DNA of 64,000 nt from Ramazzottius varieornatus (lineage: Eukaryota; Animalia; Tardigrada), in the NCBI GenBank assembly GCA_001949185.1, contig BDGG01000001.1:6113591-6177590 (forward strand). Reading direction: 5' to 3'. The notes beneath the pieces were generated by a model, which ran no database searches, was not told where the DNA came from, and saw nothing but the letters and a program-made list of their open reading frames with translations. This document shows positions 37,967 through 50,437 of this stretch, piece by piece (within the stretch, counting starts at the first letter, position 1; each line of letters starts with the position of its first letter). The position numbers and the translations under genes were made by a program.

Positions 37967-38769
37967 GGGCCTACCAGGGAAGGTCTTTCAGGATCCGCCG
38001 ATTCAATACAGCGCAAGTACATCGTATGATATGCACAGTACGAGTACCGGATTAATTCTGTCTGAGCCGCTCAATGTGATGATTGGGATCGAAGGGTATC
38101 CAACGTTGGGCACGAGCTTTTTCGGTGAAAACTACTTGCTGGGAAAGGAGCAGCTGAGGTTTCGCATACCTAAAAATGATTGTGAGCCCTGAACACTAGT
38201 CCTGGCAAGAGATTTACGCCAGTCTATCCACTCTGATCTTCAAACAAATACGACAGAAAGATAGAAGAGAGTTCGTTCCACACACTGAGATAGACTGAAT
38301 CGGCGGAATAAAATCCTGGAAGACACCGCAGGAAGCGGAAGTAACGTAACGGCGGATCATCAGTGTGATTGTAAATCAACCAATTTGATTACCTACTGGT
38401 TGATTTCATATTGATTGATCCCGCTGCGCTTGCACTCTCCGCTCAGCTGAGCGCAACCCGTTTTGTTGTACCTGTTCCTTCTTCGCTCTTACCTTCTTCG
38501 TTCCGTTACTGAGTAATCTCTACACGTGGCCGCTATGGGTTCCGTCGATCCTTTAAATGTTCTGAAGCTTCTGGAGGACGACTACAAGCAGTTCTTCCGA
38601 CTGGGCGATCAACCGAGCGAGGCTGACAAGCAGCTGAAGAAACTGGTCAAAGGTATCATTGCCGTTAGCAATACCAAACATTAGTCCGGTACTCGTACTG
38701 TGCATATCGTACGATGTACTTGCGCTGTATTGAATCGGCGGATCCTGAAAGACCTTCCCTGGTAGGCCC
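37967..38769. mobile_element. Non-autonomous element with long TIRs (about 85 bp) carrying host-like promoter and first exon (Pack-like)
   Basis: GGGCCTACCAGGGAAGGTCTTTCAGGATCCGCCGATTCAATACAGCGCAAGTACATCGTA... is nearly perfectly inverted at 38681-38769 and flanked by TA. Confidence 0.88.
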
Positions 38770-40259
38770 TATACCAGTACACGCGTCTGAGCCCTACTAC
38801 AGTACTGGCCTGGACAAAATTCCGGTCACCGGCTGAAAACAGCAGTTGCTGGCTAAAATGTTCAGTCAATCGAGCACCACCGCTTTCGGCCGGTGGCCGG
38901 AAGTTTTGTCCAGGCCGGTAGGTAGACCAGGCGCTTGTACAGCATGTCTTTTGGGCATCTCGCCCTTTATTACAATTGTCTTTTAGCCAAACCTTCTGAC
39001 CGTTATGCTTTTTGGCCGGTTCGCCTTCGAAACACAAAAATCACCTTTTAGGCATCGAACGTTTCAACCATCAGACCTTCCAGCACTTAAACCTTGTGTT
39101 GGGGGTAAACAAAAGGTAGGTGGATATCAAATTTGAGCACCGCAGGAAATTTGATAAGCTCTACCCACTCCTTGCGCTAATCACGTGAAGTTAAGGCTTG
39201 CTGATTGAAACCAGAGATTTAGCGTAACTTTCCTGTCAAACATGAAATTTCGTATGATTTCCCAAAGCTAGTCACACTCACAGTTACAGTAATAATTTTC
39301 AATGTTTTGTCCGATATAAAAGCCGCAGTTAAGCGTGTAGTTATGAGTGCAGTTTGACGAATAACTCATAAGCAACGTCAGGTCTGGAAAGACACAGTTA
39401 GAACAGCAGCTGGCACTTCATTGAGATATCTTGCGAAAAAATCTAAGACTTGGGAAGAGTTTCGGAAAAAAATGGCAGCAGTAACTTGGTCAAAAAGCTT
39501 CTCAAATTGCTTGCTCACTGTATTAGCGGTCCATATGCATTAATTCAAAATGAAGCCTCGACTGTCGTAGTCCGTCCAAGCGCTTTGGCTCCACCCACAT
39601 GGCCAATCTTGATTGACTGATTCCTGCGCGAATCAAGCTCAATACGCTGATCAAGTTCTAAAGTAAGAATGAAGGCAACCAAGTTGTTTTCCCGGCTAAC
39701 ACTCAAGATGTGTGGGAGTCAAGCAGCTCTACCCCGGTTCTGTCCGAATTTTCCGGCCACTGCTGCGTTTTAATAAGCACGAAGAATCAAACTGTGCGGC
39801 GCTTAAAAGACAAAGAGGTCAGAACGTGCAAGTATTTTCTAAAAGGTGATAGAAAGTGTTAGAAGGCGAATCCAAAAGGTGAATTTGCTGGGAGGTGTAT
39901 TAACGCCGTATCCCCTGGGCACAAATTGTTTTCTGGTCGGAAGTTTTTTTCATTTTCCAAAAGACAACTTGCACAGATGATTAACAAACTCGAAGATTCA
40001 AAAAAAATGGCGAACTCCGTAGCCGTAGGTACAGTACCGTACGACAGAATCTGGTAGGCTATGTAGCTGGAATGGGCTATATATTATAACTATGTGCGGT
40101 GAATACTACGTCAAATCTCGTATGTCGAACGAGTGATCGAATGCCCCGCGCCCTAATTGCGATAATGCAGCTCGAATAAATGAGGTTCTCTGATTGCGAT
40201 GTACAATTTCAAGCGTTAAACCGGATAAGTTGACGGGGGCTAACCCGAATCGGTTCCAT

Positions 40260-40590
40260 TCATCCTTTCTTCTGCATTCGCGACATAAGACTAAAATAGG
40301 TCAACAGCTGCGCCTTGCATTCAAGGTACGTTGAGCAGTTGAGGAGCGGCCCAGGATTGCTGCTAGGTACGGGGAGTTGTTGAGGTATGGTTGATCGGTA
40401 GGACGCGACGGGCTCCAGTAGGACATTCTGTGATAATGAGGCGTAGTTCGTCCGGCTGGTCGGATTGATAGCGGTCGTGCCGATTGGTTTGGGAAAGAAC
40501 CCTCCGTTGAAAGTTCCAGTGGCCAGAGGGGTGGAGAATTGTGCATCTGCCGCTGAAATCAACGAGATAAGCAGTAACGACGCCAACTTT
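40260..40590 (-). CDS. Putative small secreted protein (start exon unresolved)
   Basis: Signal-peptide-like KLASLLLISLISAADA-QF within the 149-aa ORF, a Pro/Thr-rich body and a C-terminal CxxxxxC. Confidence 0.4.
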
Positions 40591-40809
40591 GAAAATCGCG
40601 CTGGACGATTCGTGCCCAGCAGTAGACGTGCCTGCTCTATGTTCCGATATGGAAGAAAAAACTCAACCAGTGATTCTGGGACCGGCGGCTCCACATCAGC
40701 CATCCTCACATAACGCGGCGTGCGGATCCGCCGGTCTGAGAATCGCTGGTTCGGAATTTTCGTCTATGTCGGGACACAGGACAGGCGCGTGCACAGCATC
40801 AAAAATTTC

Positions 40810-41164
40810 GAGCAGATCCAGTCGAACCTTTTGTACATAACCGGGAAGTGAAATCCAAGTACTACAGTTCGATGTGACTTATTCTAAAATTATATGGGCT
40901 GGTGATAGCTTTATGTGACGTACTTGGTTTTGTGTCTGAAGAGGATTCGATGATGTCATCGGCTTCCGTTCGCGAGCTCGGCTGAGGAACGACCTTAGTA
41001 ACTTGCTGAGGAATGGCTCGATAAGCTGCCGAAGGAGTTCGCTGAATGATTGGATCAGCGTCCCGAAAAGCTGGATATATACGGAGCGAAAATCCAGTGG
41101 TGATACCAAGCAGATGAGATGCCGCAATCACGAGCACCAGTAGCGGTATTGAGTGAAGAGTCAT
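40810..41164 (-). CDS. Putative small secreted protein
   Basis: ATG at 41164 starts the signal peptide MTLHSIPLLVLVIAASHLLGITTG. GTACGT donor near 40923. The 3' exon is uncertain. Confidence 0.5.
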
Positions 41165-42536
41165 CGTGGATAGCGCAGTCTAAGAGTGTTCAAGTTTCGA
41201 AGTGGACAAAGAAGCAATGAAGGGATTTCAGGATGGGTTGATTTAGTCTTGTGTGATCGATGTATACCTAAAATATTCACGCTAGACAAGCAACAGACAA
41301 AGTGCGTATCTGACCCGAGCGAACTGTAGGGGTATCCCCGTCACCGTTTTTCTAGGGTGCGGGTGTTCAACGCGGTAAGACTTACGACAAGTCACGAAAT
41401 AATAGCCGCCAGCCAGATATTGCTTTACGCTAGTCCCGCAAACAAACAGTAATCCTGTAAGAGAGACTGAGGGAACAGCGTCAATGGACCGCGCTGTTAA
41501 TCACAACTGTGTGAAAGAAAAGTAGGAAGGATAAGCGAGCCTGCTCCTGCCAGAGATATTTGGCCCACGAAGAAACATAATCGCCTGTTACCGGTACACC
41601 CCCAAACGTCCGTGCTCTTTGGATGGTCCGCGTTGAATTGCCTTCGAGTCCAGCTGTCATCGGGTTCCCGGTTGATTTTAATTGACACTCGATACTCCTG
41701 GGTGGCCTTGTTCTGGGTCTTCTTTCGTGATCAAGTTCTCGACTTACTTGCCTCTCCCGCACCGAACAAAGAGGGATCTTAAGTGCAAGCTCACGGGTTC
41801 ATGTTAGAACGGACGTCTTGTTACGTGGAATTGAAACCAGAGCCTCCGTGACGCCCGCCGCCACATGGTTGCCGGTAAACCCGAGTACATTCTTCGAGCA
41901 CGAAAAACGGGTTTTTGAGTTGCCGCTTGTGCAGGGAGAGCCAGCCAACTGGGCTTGCTACGTATCACACGACACCTAACAACACGGAAAAATTATCCAG
42001 TACTCCAGTACTGCATGCATCGGTGAAAGCGGTCACACTGCCACAGCCGAGCAAAAGTCTTTTTTGTTTCAATTTAGGGAAGGCAATATCTGCGGCCAGG
42101 GCTTCAGGTTTCGTTTTCCCAGCCCTGTCTAGATCTACCCCCACTAGTCGACTTCCGGTCACGGCGTTCATAGTAGAAGTCCTATCACGGACGGATAACG
42201 AAATTTTTTCCAAAAACATTTCAGTAACGTTTCCCAGTCTCGGCTGTGCGTTTATGCCGCTATACGGAAAGAAATGAGCTACTCGTACAGAAGTAGAAGT
42301 AGAAAAGTGGTACATAAGCACATTGTCATGGTGCATTTACACGACGACGTCGACCAGACTGGACTAATGGCTGGGGAAACAACGAGCCTTTCGTTCGTGC
42401 CGAAAAGACGAAGCAATCTGACTGTCAATTGCAGTTCGTCATCCTGGAGGAAAAAGAAATCCTTTAGTCAATCTGTGGACCAGGAAGTAAGAGCGTGGAA
42501 GCGTGTCTTGGAGCGACCACAGATTACGTCACACGG

Positions 42537-42546
42537 CGATCAGCTG
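42537..42546. promoter_or_regulatory. Recurrent CGATCAGCTG (E-box-containing) motif upstream of DBT
   Basis: The same 10-mer also occurs at 50826, 37356 (reverse) and twice in the 29727-29938 hairpin. Confidence 0.4.
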
Positions 42547-42698
42547 GTTGGAGGTGTGCGCCTGTCAGCTGTCCGAAGTTTCCAAAACACGTTCGATATT
42601 ATTTTTATCTCTTTTATCTGATCTTCCGAGCTAGGTTCCTCCACATTCTAGCTCCTCGTCACCTCCACCCATCACACTTCTCGTATTCGAACCTGAAG

Positions 42699-44939
42699 AT
42701 GATCACAAGAAGGAGCATTTTGATTAGAGCGGTGTCGCGCTTCCAGACTGAGCCACCGGTAGGAGCGCATCGCGAAATCTGCTCACCTATCCAAGTAATC
42801 AACGCCTAGTCAGTGCGTTTGCTTGCTTGCAGAACCTCTACGCGAGAAATCATGCCCAGTTTTACCGGAACTCCTCTTACCTCGCTTCCCTCATTTCCGG
42901 GAGAACTATCAGAAACTGCGAAGATGTTCTAAGAACATCGGCTGCATATGTCCAGCATGGGGGATTCATGAGGGCCCATCAACCAGTACGTCGTCAACAA
43001 ACAGCAACAGGTGCATGGATATTTAATCAGTATCAGCACTCTATTGAATTTGTTCTCTTGTGCACCGTATTTACTAATAACAATCTATCTAGCTTCTTCG
43101 TCCGATGCGAATGATATAATACAGTTCAAGCTGTCGGACATCGGAGAAGGCATTGCTGAAGTCGTCATAAAAGAATGGTAAGTTAAAATGTTTTCTGTCG
43201 CATGTTCAATCATTTTTTGCAGCCCCCTAACAAAATATATTTGGAATTTGTCATGTGCTTCCTTTTCAGGTTCGTGAAGACGGGGACGAAAGTTAATCAG
43301 TTTGATGCCATCTGTGAGGTGCAGAGCGACAAAGCTTCCGTGACCATCACCAGTCGATATGATGGAGTTATCCACAAAATTCACTACGGTGTGGACGATG
43401 TGGCCAAAGTCGGCAGTCCTCTTGTCGACATCAAACTGAAAGAAGGCTCCATGACGAACCCGAGTGAGCTTCGGTCCTCTCTACCATTGTGATAAATTTG
43501 TTCGGAATTTCTCAATGATCAAATTGGCATCGTGGGATATTCCAATTTATTTTTAATCTTTTGAATGTTCTGGCAGTGGCAAAATTGCACCAAGAAGTAA
43601 TTCCGGACGATATGTCTTCCTTGCAAGACGCTCGGTCCATCGAGAAAGAACACGTCAAGAGCTTGGCCACACCAGCAGTTCGTCGTATCGCTTCCGAACA
43701 CAACGTGAAGCTCTCCGATGTCAAAGGAACTGGCCGAGATGGGCGCATACTCAAAGAAGACATTCAACGCTTTGTGGACAGCTCCCAAGAAGCCAAGAAG
43801 AAAATCACCGAAAAAATCAGTAAGACAGAACGGTGGTTTCGATGCCGAATCGCCCACACACATTCGCCTTCGTAGGTGCGCCATCTGTCGAGAGTGTCAG
43901 TAGGAAACCCGACAAGGAGGACAAGCCAATCATTCCAAAAGCGTCGGTCTTCAGGCCAACAGAATCCGGTAAAGTCCCCGAAGACGTCGTGGAACCCATC
44001 AAGGGTATCAAGAAAGCCATGGTGAAAACCATGTCGGCAGCCTTGCAAATTCCCCACTTTGGGTACTGCGACGAAGTGGACCTGACACAGCTTGTTCAGC
44101 TAAGGAGCCAGCTGAAGGAACTGGCGAAGAGTCGCGGAATAAATTTCTCCTATATGCCACTTTTCATCAAGGTACCACTTGCACTGCTAAAATTCTTTTT
44201 CAATATCAACTTAAATTTTTTTCCAAGTATTTTTCTGAATAGTTTTTGGGTTATTTGAATGTTTTTTTTCTTTTCAGGCTGCATCGTTGGCGCTGACGCA
44301 GTATCCAGTTCTCAATGCTCACGTGGACGAGAACTGCGAAAATCTCATCTATAAAGGCGCTCACAATATCGGAGTGGCTATCGATACGGGCAACGGTCTC
44401 CTGGTGCCCAACATCAAGAATGTCCAGACCAAGTCTTGCCTCGACATTGCCAGTGACCTGACTGGTCTTCAAGAACGAGCTGCCAAGAACCAGCTTAGTC
44501 CGGAAGACATGAAGAACGTTACGTTCTCACTCTCCAACATCGGCTCTGTAAGTCTTCAGTGAGATGACTGGAATCTATCAAAAAGTATGCGAGATCGCGG
44601 TCAGGTTCGTGCCCGGCACGGCCTTGTTTTTTGCGCCTGTCAAGTGTCTGCCCGGTACGGTCTTTACAGTACTCTAATGTGGTATTTTTTTAGATTGGTG
44701 GAACTTACGCAAAGCCAGTTATCCTTCCACCAACGGTAGCCATCGGTGCACTAGGTAAGATCCAAGTTCTGCCGCGTTATGCTGACAAACATTCGGATGT
44801 CATCAAGAAATGCCACATCATGCAAGTGAGCTGGTCCGCGGACCATCGTGTTATTGACGGAGCCAGTATGGCGCGCTTCTCGAACTTGTGGAAGTCGTAC
44901 TTGGAGAACCCTTCGTTGATGCTGTTGGATATGAAATGA
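42699..44939 (+). CDS. DBT: Branched-chain alpha-keto acid dehydrogenase E2 (dihydrolipoamide branched-chain transacylase), mitochondrial
   Basis: Transit peptide, lipoyl domain [13 protein letters not shown]...[19 protein letters not shown]3-binding domain ATPAVRRIA...[12 protein letters not shown], and catalytic domain [10 protein letters not shown]...FSLSNIGS|IGGTY...[16 protein letters not shown]. Confidence 0.97.
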
Positions 44940-46253
44940 GAGGGACGGAGGATCGCGGGTGGAAAGAATGCTCATTTTATGGGAATAATGCTCTACAGAG
45001 TTTTATTACGCCTGCCGACTTTATTGCTCAGATTAGAAAACAAGTCTGGTTTTCCGTGGAGGGAATGTGTTTATCGTTTTACAGAGTATTCTCTATAAAT
45101 TCTCTATTTGGTTTTAGGACAAACTGTTTCATCATGATTGTTGTTTTATGCCTTACAAATGTAAGTAAAGAGCGAAATTTTGATATCTGATAAGAATCGG
45201 CGGACGTCCGAAGATCCACTGAGCATTCGTCGAAGTTCTTACGCCGGTAAAATGACAGTCGGAGAAACTGTGTTTGCCTGGTTTTTGGAAGCTCTAGACT
45301 CGTTTACTGTATCTACGAATTTCTGCCGCATGGGAGAAGCAGCCACTGCTGTTGTTAGGGCTTTCCGTGAACGGCAAGGTTGCCACCACGGTTCGAGTCC
45401 CAAGACCCGTTACATTTGATAAAGAATAGGTTCGTGGAGTCGGTAATAATATCTAATCAGATGCCGTGCAAACCTTGATAAGCCTGAGCGTCTTACCTGA
45501 CTGAGTCACCGCTTGCCTTTCTGATCGGGCCGATATGTCGTACTGTATGACTAAAAATGTAACGGTTTAATACCAGATACCAGTGCATAAAACGGGTCAG
45601 CAGAGGCAAGCTTTGCCAGTTTTGCGAATGTCTAGCTAGAGGTGAATGTTTCTTTGAATGTCCAGAAGTAGCTTACCACCTCGCTCAATGACAGGAAGGA
45701 TCTAGCTTTCGAGCTACGACTACAATGGGCCAGTAGCGCGCCAGGGACCGAAAGTTGCGCTAGCCAGAGCATATCGCCACGGAAGTCCAGAAAAAATTCC
45801 CGTAGCCCGAAAGGTCACCCCCAAGGGCCTTTCTGGATCCTCTAAAAACCCAAGGGAAAACTCGTTCTCACGGTGAGGATTTCACCTGTCACCGCTCTTC
45901 CATAGGGGGCAGATCATTCCGCGTTTTTTATGAGAAACGACAAGTTCCGATAAGACACGTAAAACATTTTAAAAGAACTAACACGAGAAACTCAGATTTA
46001 AATAGAACAGCCAGGGAAGACCACTAAGTTTCCCTTGTGGCGGAAAACCGAGCGAGCTCCATGGCGTCCAGCAGACCACCCTCGCTGGCGTCCAAGACTT
46101 TAGCCTTTCTTGGGCGAAGGAGTGGACTGGCGGGCCTTCCTTCGCCAGTACAGGGGCAATGCGAACAGCCCCAAAATAACGTGGCATGCCACAAGCATGC
46201 CCCACAAGTAAGGGTTGTCCATCAGTCCCTTTGGTGGGACAGTCGTCGTGGTG

Positions 46254-46303
46254 NNNNNNNNNNNNNNNNNNNNNNNNNNNNNNNNNNNNNNNNNNNNNNN
46301 NNN
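46254..46303. other. Assembly gap (50 N)
   Basis: Run of N, next to Thr-rich ACC/ACG repeats. Confidence 0.99.
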
Positions 46304-47321
46304 GCAGACGTGGTGGAAGTAGTCTCGGTGGTCGTGCCGACGTCCGTCGTCCAGTTTCGATGCTGGCTAGCAAGCTTGATGTGATTCACTGCAAAGTAGA
46401 AAGTACAAGAACGGCGGACGTCAGCACGGCTACCGAGACGGAACACCAAACACCACTTCATCACACAGCGATGTCCACCACAAAACGACCACTTACCGCA
46501 ACATCCGTAGGACTCGGCCAGGCAGCAGACGAAGAACATGTTTCCTCTTCGATCACTCGGACATTTATCTCTCCCGGCGTCGGGAGGCCATAATTGAAAG
46601 TGTTATCCTCGAACCGCGACATAGTCTGATCGTTACTCTCCAACGTCATTTCTTGAATGGCGACGAGGAACCGCTACCGGGAGCCTCACAGGGACCGCAA
46701 GAAAAAGGGACATATTCCACCATTTTTTCGATCTGAAAGATCAGTTTAGTCATCCACAATGGAGTGTGTTTAACGATAAATTTCTGTAACGGATCTTCAC
46801 CTGAAAGGTACGCTCGTTGACGGGGATAGGTGGTTGGGTTTTGCGGTCGTTAGCAAGTCGGAAAACAGCATCCTAAAACAAGGCCAGTCCTCCACTGAAA
46901 GATCCACTGCCAACATTCCTCGACGAAAGGTAATCCTGGGCAGAAGGAAAGGTCAATTATATTATAACTCGGGAAGTGAAATTTTCCTTGTCAAGAGGTA
47001 TATAATGGCTTGTTTCTAATATCCGTTCGAAAGTGGCAGTACGAACCGCGACTGCTCCTTCCCTCTATCCCAGAGGACAACTGTAGAGCTAGATAAGTCC
47101 TGTAAAAAGGGATCCTCCATAAGACCTCTCTTGGTCCTTGATTCTTTACTAGGGCAATAGAGTTTCAGCTCGATGAAACCGGGGCGACGGAATGATTCTT
47201 CGTGTAGGTGGTACCAGCTGTGACAGTTTATTTCCGAAATACGGTAATGACAGTTTCCATCAGATCGTACATGATTCGGGTACAAAAATACAAGAAGAGT
47301 AATGAGTTCGAACAGAGTCAT
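46300..47321 (-). pseudogene. Disrupted secreted/mucin-like gene
   Basis: Signal peptide MTLFELITLLVFLYPNHVRS. The reading frame is broken by several stops after 47016. A Thr-rich TTETTSTT segment lies near the gap. Confidence 0.4.
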
Positions 47322-48224
47322 TGTCAAGTCTAAGAGTGAGTTCGATGGCTCAGGTAAAACAAATTTTCAGAAAGTTCTGCGATGACGACCTTTTAACTTC
47401 CGGTTAGCGAATCTGCCGAGTGCCGATAGTAAAACTCGATAACTTTCCGTTGCTATCTGACGTTTCCATCATTCACCCGTCACGGCTCAAAACTCGCTCA
47501 CATGTAAAAATATCTCGGTCGGGTACCATGAAGTTTTACCCACTTCCGTATGGTGGACGAGTACTGACCGCAGCAGGCATTAGAAGTTTCAATAAAAAAG
47601 GCAGAGGCTCAAAATTGCTCAGTGACTAACCGCTGAAATAGGGATTACATATGGGCCCATAGCGATCTGCTCGCATACTCATTACATAAAGGACCGCGAA
47701 CGCCTCTCATCTCATGCACGTTTCCGTCAGAGCCTCAGCTGCGGTAACGACATCTTGGAGTAACGACATCTTCCGCATTAGTGTGTATGATGATCGACAT
47801 GCAAGATTCCGTACGAGGAGAAAGGTCTAAATGTGCCTGTTTGCTGCGCGGGAGAATACTTGACCCACAAACCATCTTCTCGGATACCTTCTGCTCCCAA
47901 AATTCCAAACTAATTCCTAAGTATCTCCAAGTACTCAGCTCTATTCTGAGCCAGGCAAGAGTCGGATTTCATAAAAGGTCACGACAGAAGCAATTCCAGA
48001 CTCGTTCAGGAATCTCTTCCGCTATTGGAGCGCTCTCTGCACCATGCAGAGGGCACATAAGCCGGACCAAGTAAACCACACATATGCGCGACCGAGCAGG
48101 ATCCCACGTTTCCCAACCTGTGCCCGAGGTCAACGATGATGTAGAATCACCGTTTTTGTTCAAAATTGGAACGCCTAAAACTTTGCCCACTTTCACGCGA
48201 AAACGCGTTGCTTGCAAAAGTCGT

Positions 48225-48541
48225 TTAACTGTGCACTACCATCAAAAACTGCCCCTCTTCGTGCTTCATCTTGCAAGATCTCCCTTTCCTCTCAGTGGTC
48301 TCTGTGGAATGCTTTATTTTCGGTTTCTGCGACTCCGGGCATCCGGCTCGGTGGCGATGCGGCTTATTGGGACCTCCGATGCTGGGAGACGTCTTCCGCG
48401 CAGCTATAGTGGCCGGTTTCTTCCGAGGAGCTTTGCCGGATTCCGCTGCGATCTTCCTGGCTGTGGGCTTCCCTTCCTTCCGACGCTGTTTGATCGGAGG
48501 CTGTACTGCAGCAGGGAGACTGTCCCTGTGGCGAGTCCATC
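48225..48541 (-). other. Histone H3-derived ORF: intact tail-like segment, histone fold frameshifted or decayed
   Basis: 48470-48342 encodes KPTARKIAAESGKAPRKKPATIAARKTSPSIGGPNKPHRHRAG, against H3 [41 protein letters not shown]. It continues HSTETTERK (H3 KSTELLIRK), with REILQD (H3 REIAQD) out of frame at 48285-48268. Strong acceptor TTTTACTTTCAG at 48553-48542. Confidence 0.75.
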
Positions 48542-49239
48542 CTGAAAGTAAAACAGACTCAATCTTTGCGATGATTAGAAACAACCAGGAGGTGGGTGGC
48601 ACCAGATTGCAAGTCAGTTCTACTGGATAACGAGCAAAGTCAGAGGAAACGATTCTGACAGGTGACAAGTGGAGGAAGCAAACTGAACTGCAGACCCTAT
48701 GTCTGAGATCCGAATCATCGAAATGGAAAATCCTACTGCTGTCATCTTCTGAATGATCTTCGCGATCTGGGGTGGAGTTGACAACTGCATGACTGACATG
48801 ACGTCGCCGCGGCACAAACAACAAAGAGAACGAGCGGGTGGCCCTTGTGTATTTGCCGATGTTCATCGGCTAATCGAACGAGCTATGGTTGTCGGAAGTA
48901 AGGTCAACGCAATCTTCTACGTCAAAGTGTAATTTCTCAAGTTGTGTAATCGCAAACTGGTAGTTCTTTCCTAGCTTATCCGCAGAGCTTCATCGTGCCG
49001 GAACTATGCCTGATAGGTGTGCGATATTTATATTCTAATTCCTAAAGGGCGAAAAAAGTGCCGAGTTACTAATTATAAGACAAAATATTTTTACAGATCT
49101 GGTTATCGGAGGATTAATAGCTGAACCCTCGATGGTCGTATCAACATAAATCATGGGTAAAACTTGGAAAAAATAACAAGACAAACGAAATGAGCTAACG
49201 TGAAGGACGATATCGAAGACCGAGTTGGAGAACTTTCTT

Positions 49240-50437
49240 TCAGGAACGAATAGGGATAAGCTTGGTGTAGTATGCTGTCGAGAACTCTTCCATCAGATCG
49301 GACATGCAATCGGGCAGTTCTCCAATTTGCTTCCCTAAAACCTCAAAAAAGTATTCATTGCAAAGCCCACATTTCGGCCTGTACGAGCTATTTACAGTTT
49401 CGACTTATCTCGTACCTATGTTACCGGCGAATACGGCGAATGGTGGGATTACAGTATCCGGAGGCACATACGTGTTGTCAGCTATGCTAACGCAGTCCCG
49501 TATTATCACTCCACGGCTCTATAATTATTGACCGATCGTAAATTGTTGATACACGACTATCGGGAATATCGGGCACGAATTTACTGATGTCAGAAGAAAA
49601 CACATCTTATAGTTTTGAATGAGAAACACTTTGTGATTACCACTACACAGTTTTGTCCGATGTAAACGTGGTTGCCGATCATCGAAGCTTGGACGAAACT
49701 ATTTTCATTCACGAAGACGTATTCACCGATGTTCATGCTCGAATACATGAAATTTAGTCCGGTGGCTCCGGACTGCGTGTTGACCGCACTGCAACACGGA
49801 AGTCGATGGTCAGAAATATAAAATCGCTTTCGAAAGCCAAGATTACTGATCAATTGCGGAAATGCAGAATCTTGTCATGGCAAATCATGTTCCTTTCAAA
49901 ATTCGTACGTTCACAGGCTTCGTAACATGAATAACCATAACATGATTTACCATGACTTATTTGCCATAACAGGTTTTTGCGTTCTCGCAAATGGTCTTAT
50001 ATATCAAGGGAACACATAGTACGGTTTATTAAGGGTCTTGTAGCTTGGTTTCAATACGGCTCCTCGACCAAGCACAAAGAACTTTCCGATACGGACGGCA
50101 GCCAGATCTGCCCGGATAACAGAGTCTTGCTCCAGAATCGACTGAAAGGACAAAACTACGTCACAGCGATACCAGTGCTTTCCGCACTCACTTCCGGTCG
50201 CCGCTATGTCCAACCCTATTCCAATTTTCTTTGCTCACCTTGCCGCTAAGAAGAATCTGCTGACTGCCGCATAAGATTGTCTTCTTGTTGACCTTGTTTC
50301 CAGTGTTCTACAAGTGAGGAGCATCACATCAACCCAATGATGTCTCTGCCAACATTCCGTACATAGCGAGATGACAGCAGACTTACTGTTTCGACAAAGT
50401 CCTTCGGGTAGTAGAATCTTTCCTCCATCTCGAACAT
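49240..50437 (-). CDS. DCTN5: Dynactin subunit 5 (p25), 6 exons
   Basis: Spliced product MFEMEERFYYPKDFVET|NTGNKVNKKTILCGSQQILLSGK|SILEQDSVIRADLAAVRIGK...|IGNHVYIGQNCVV|SRGVIIRDC..PPDTVIPPFAVFAG..|GELPDCMSDLM..YYTKLIPIRS*. Confidence 0.95.

Noticed and set aside
38770-40050. Possible further DNA transposon
   Set aside because: AT-rich and repeat-like, but I could not identify matching termini or a TSD.
48225-48866. Functional canonical histone H3 or CENP-A
   Set aside because: No in-frame histone fold and no MARTK start.
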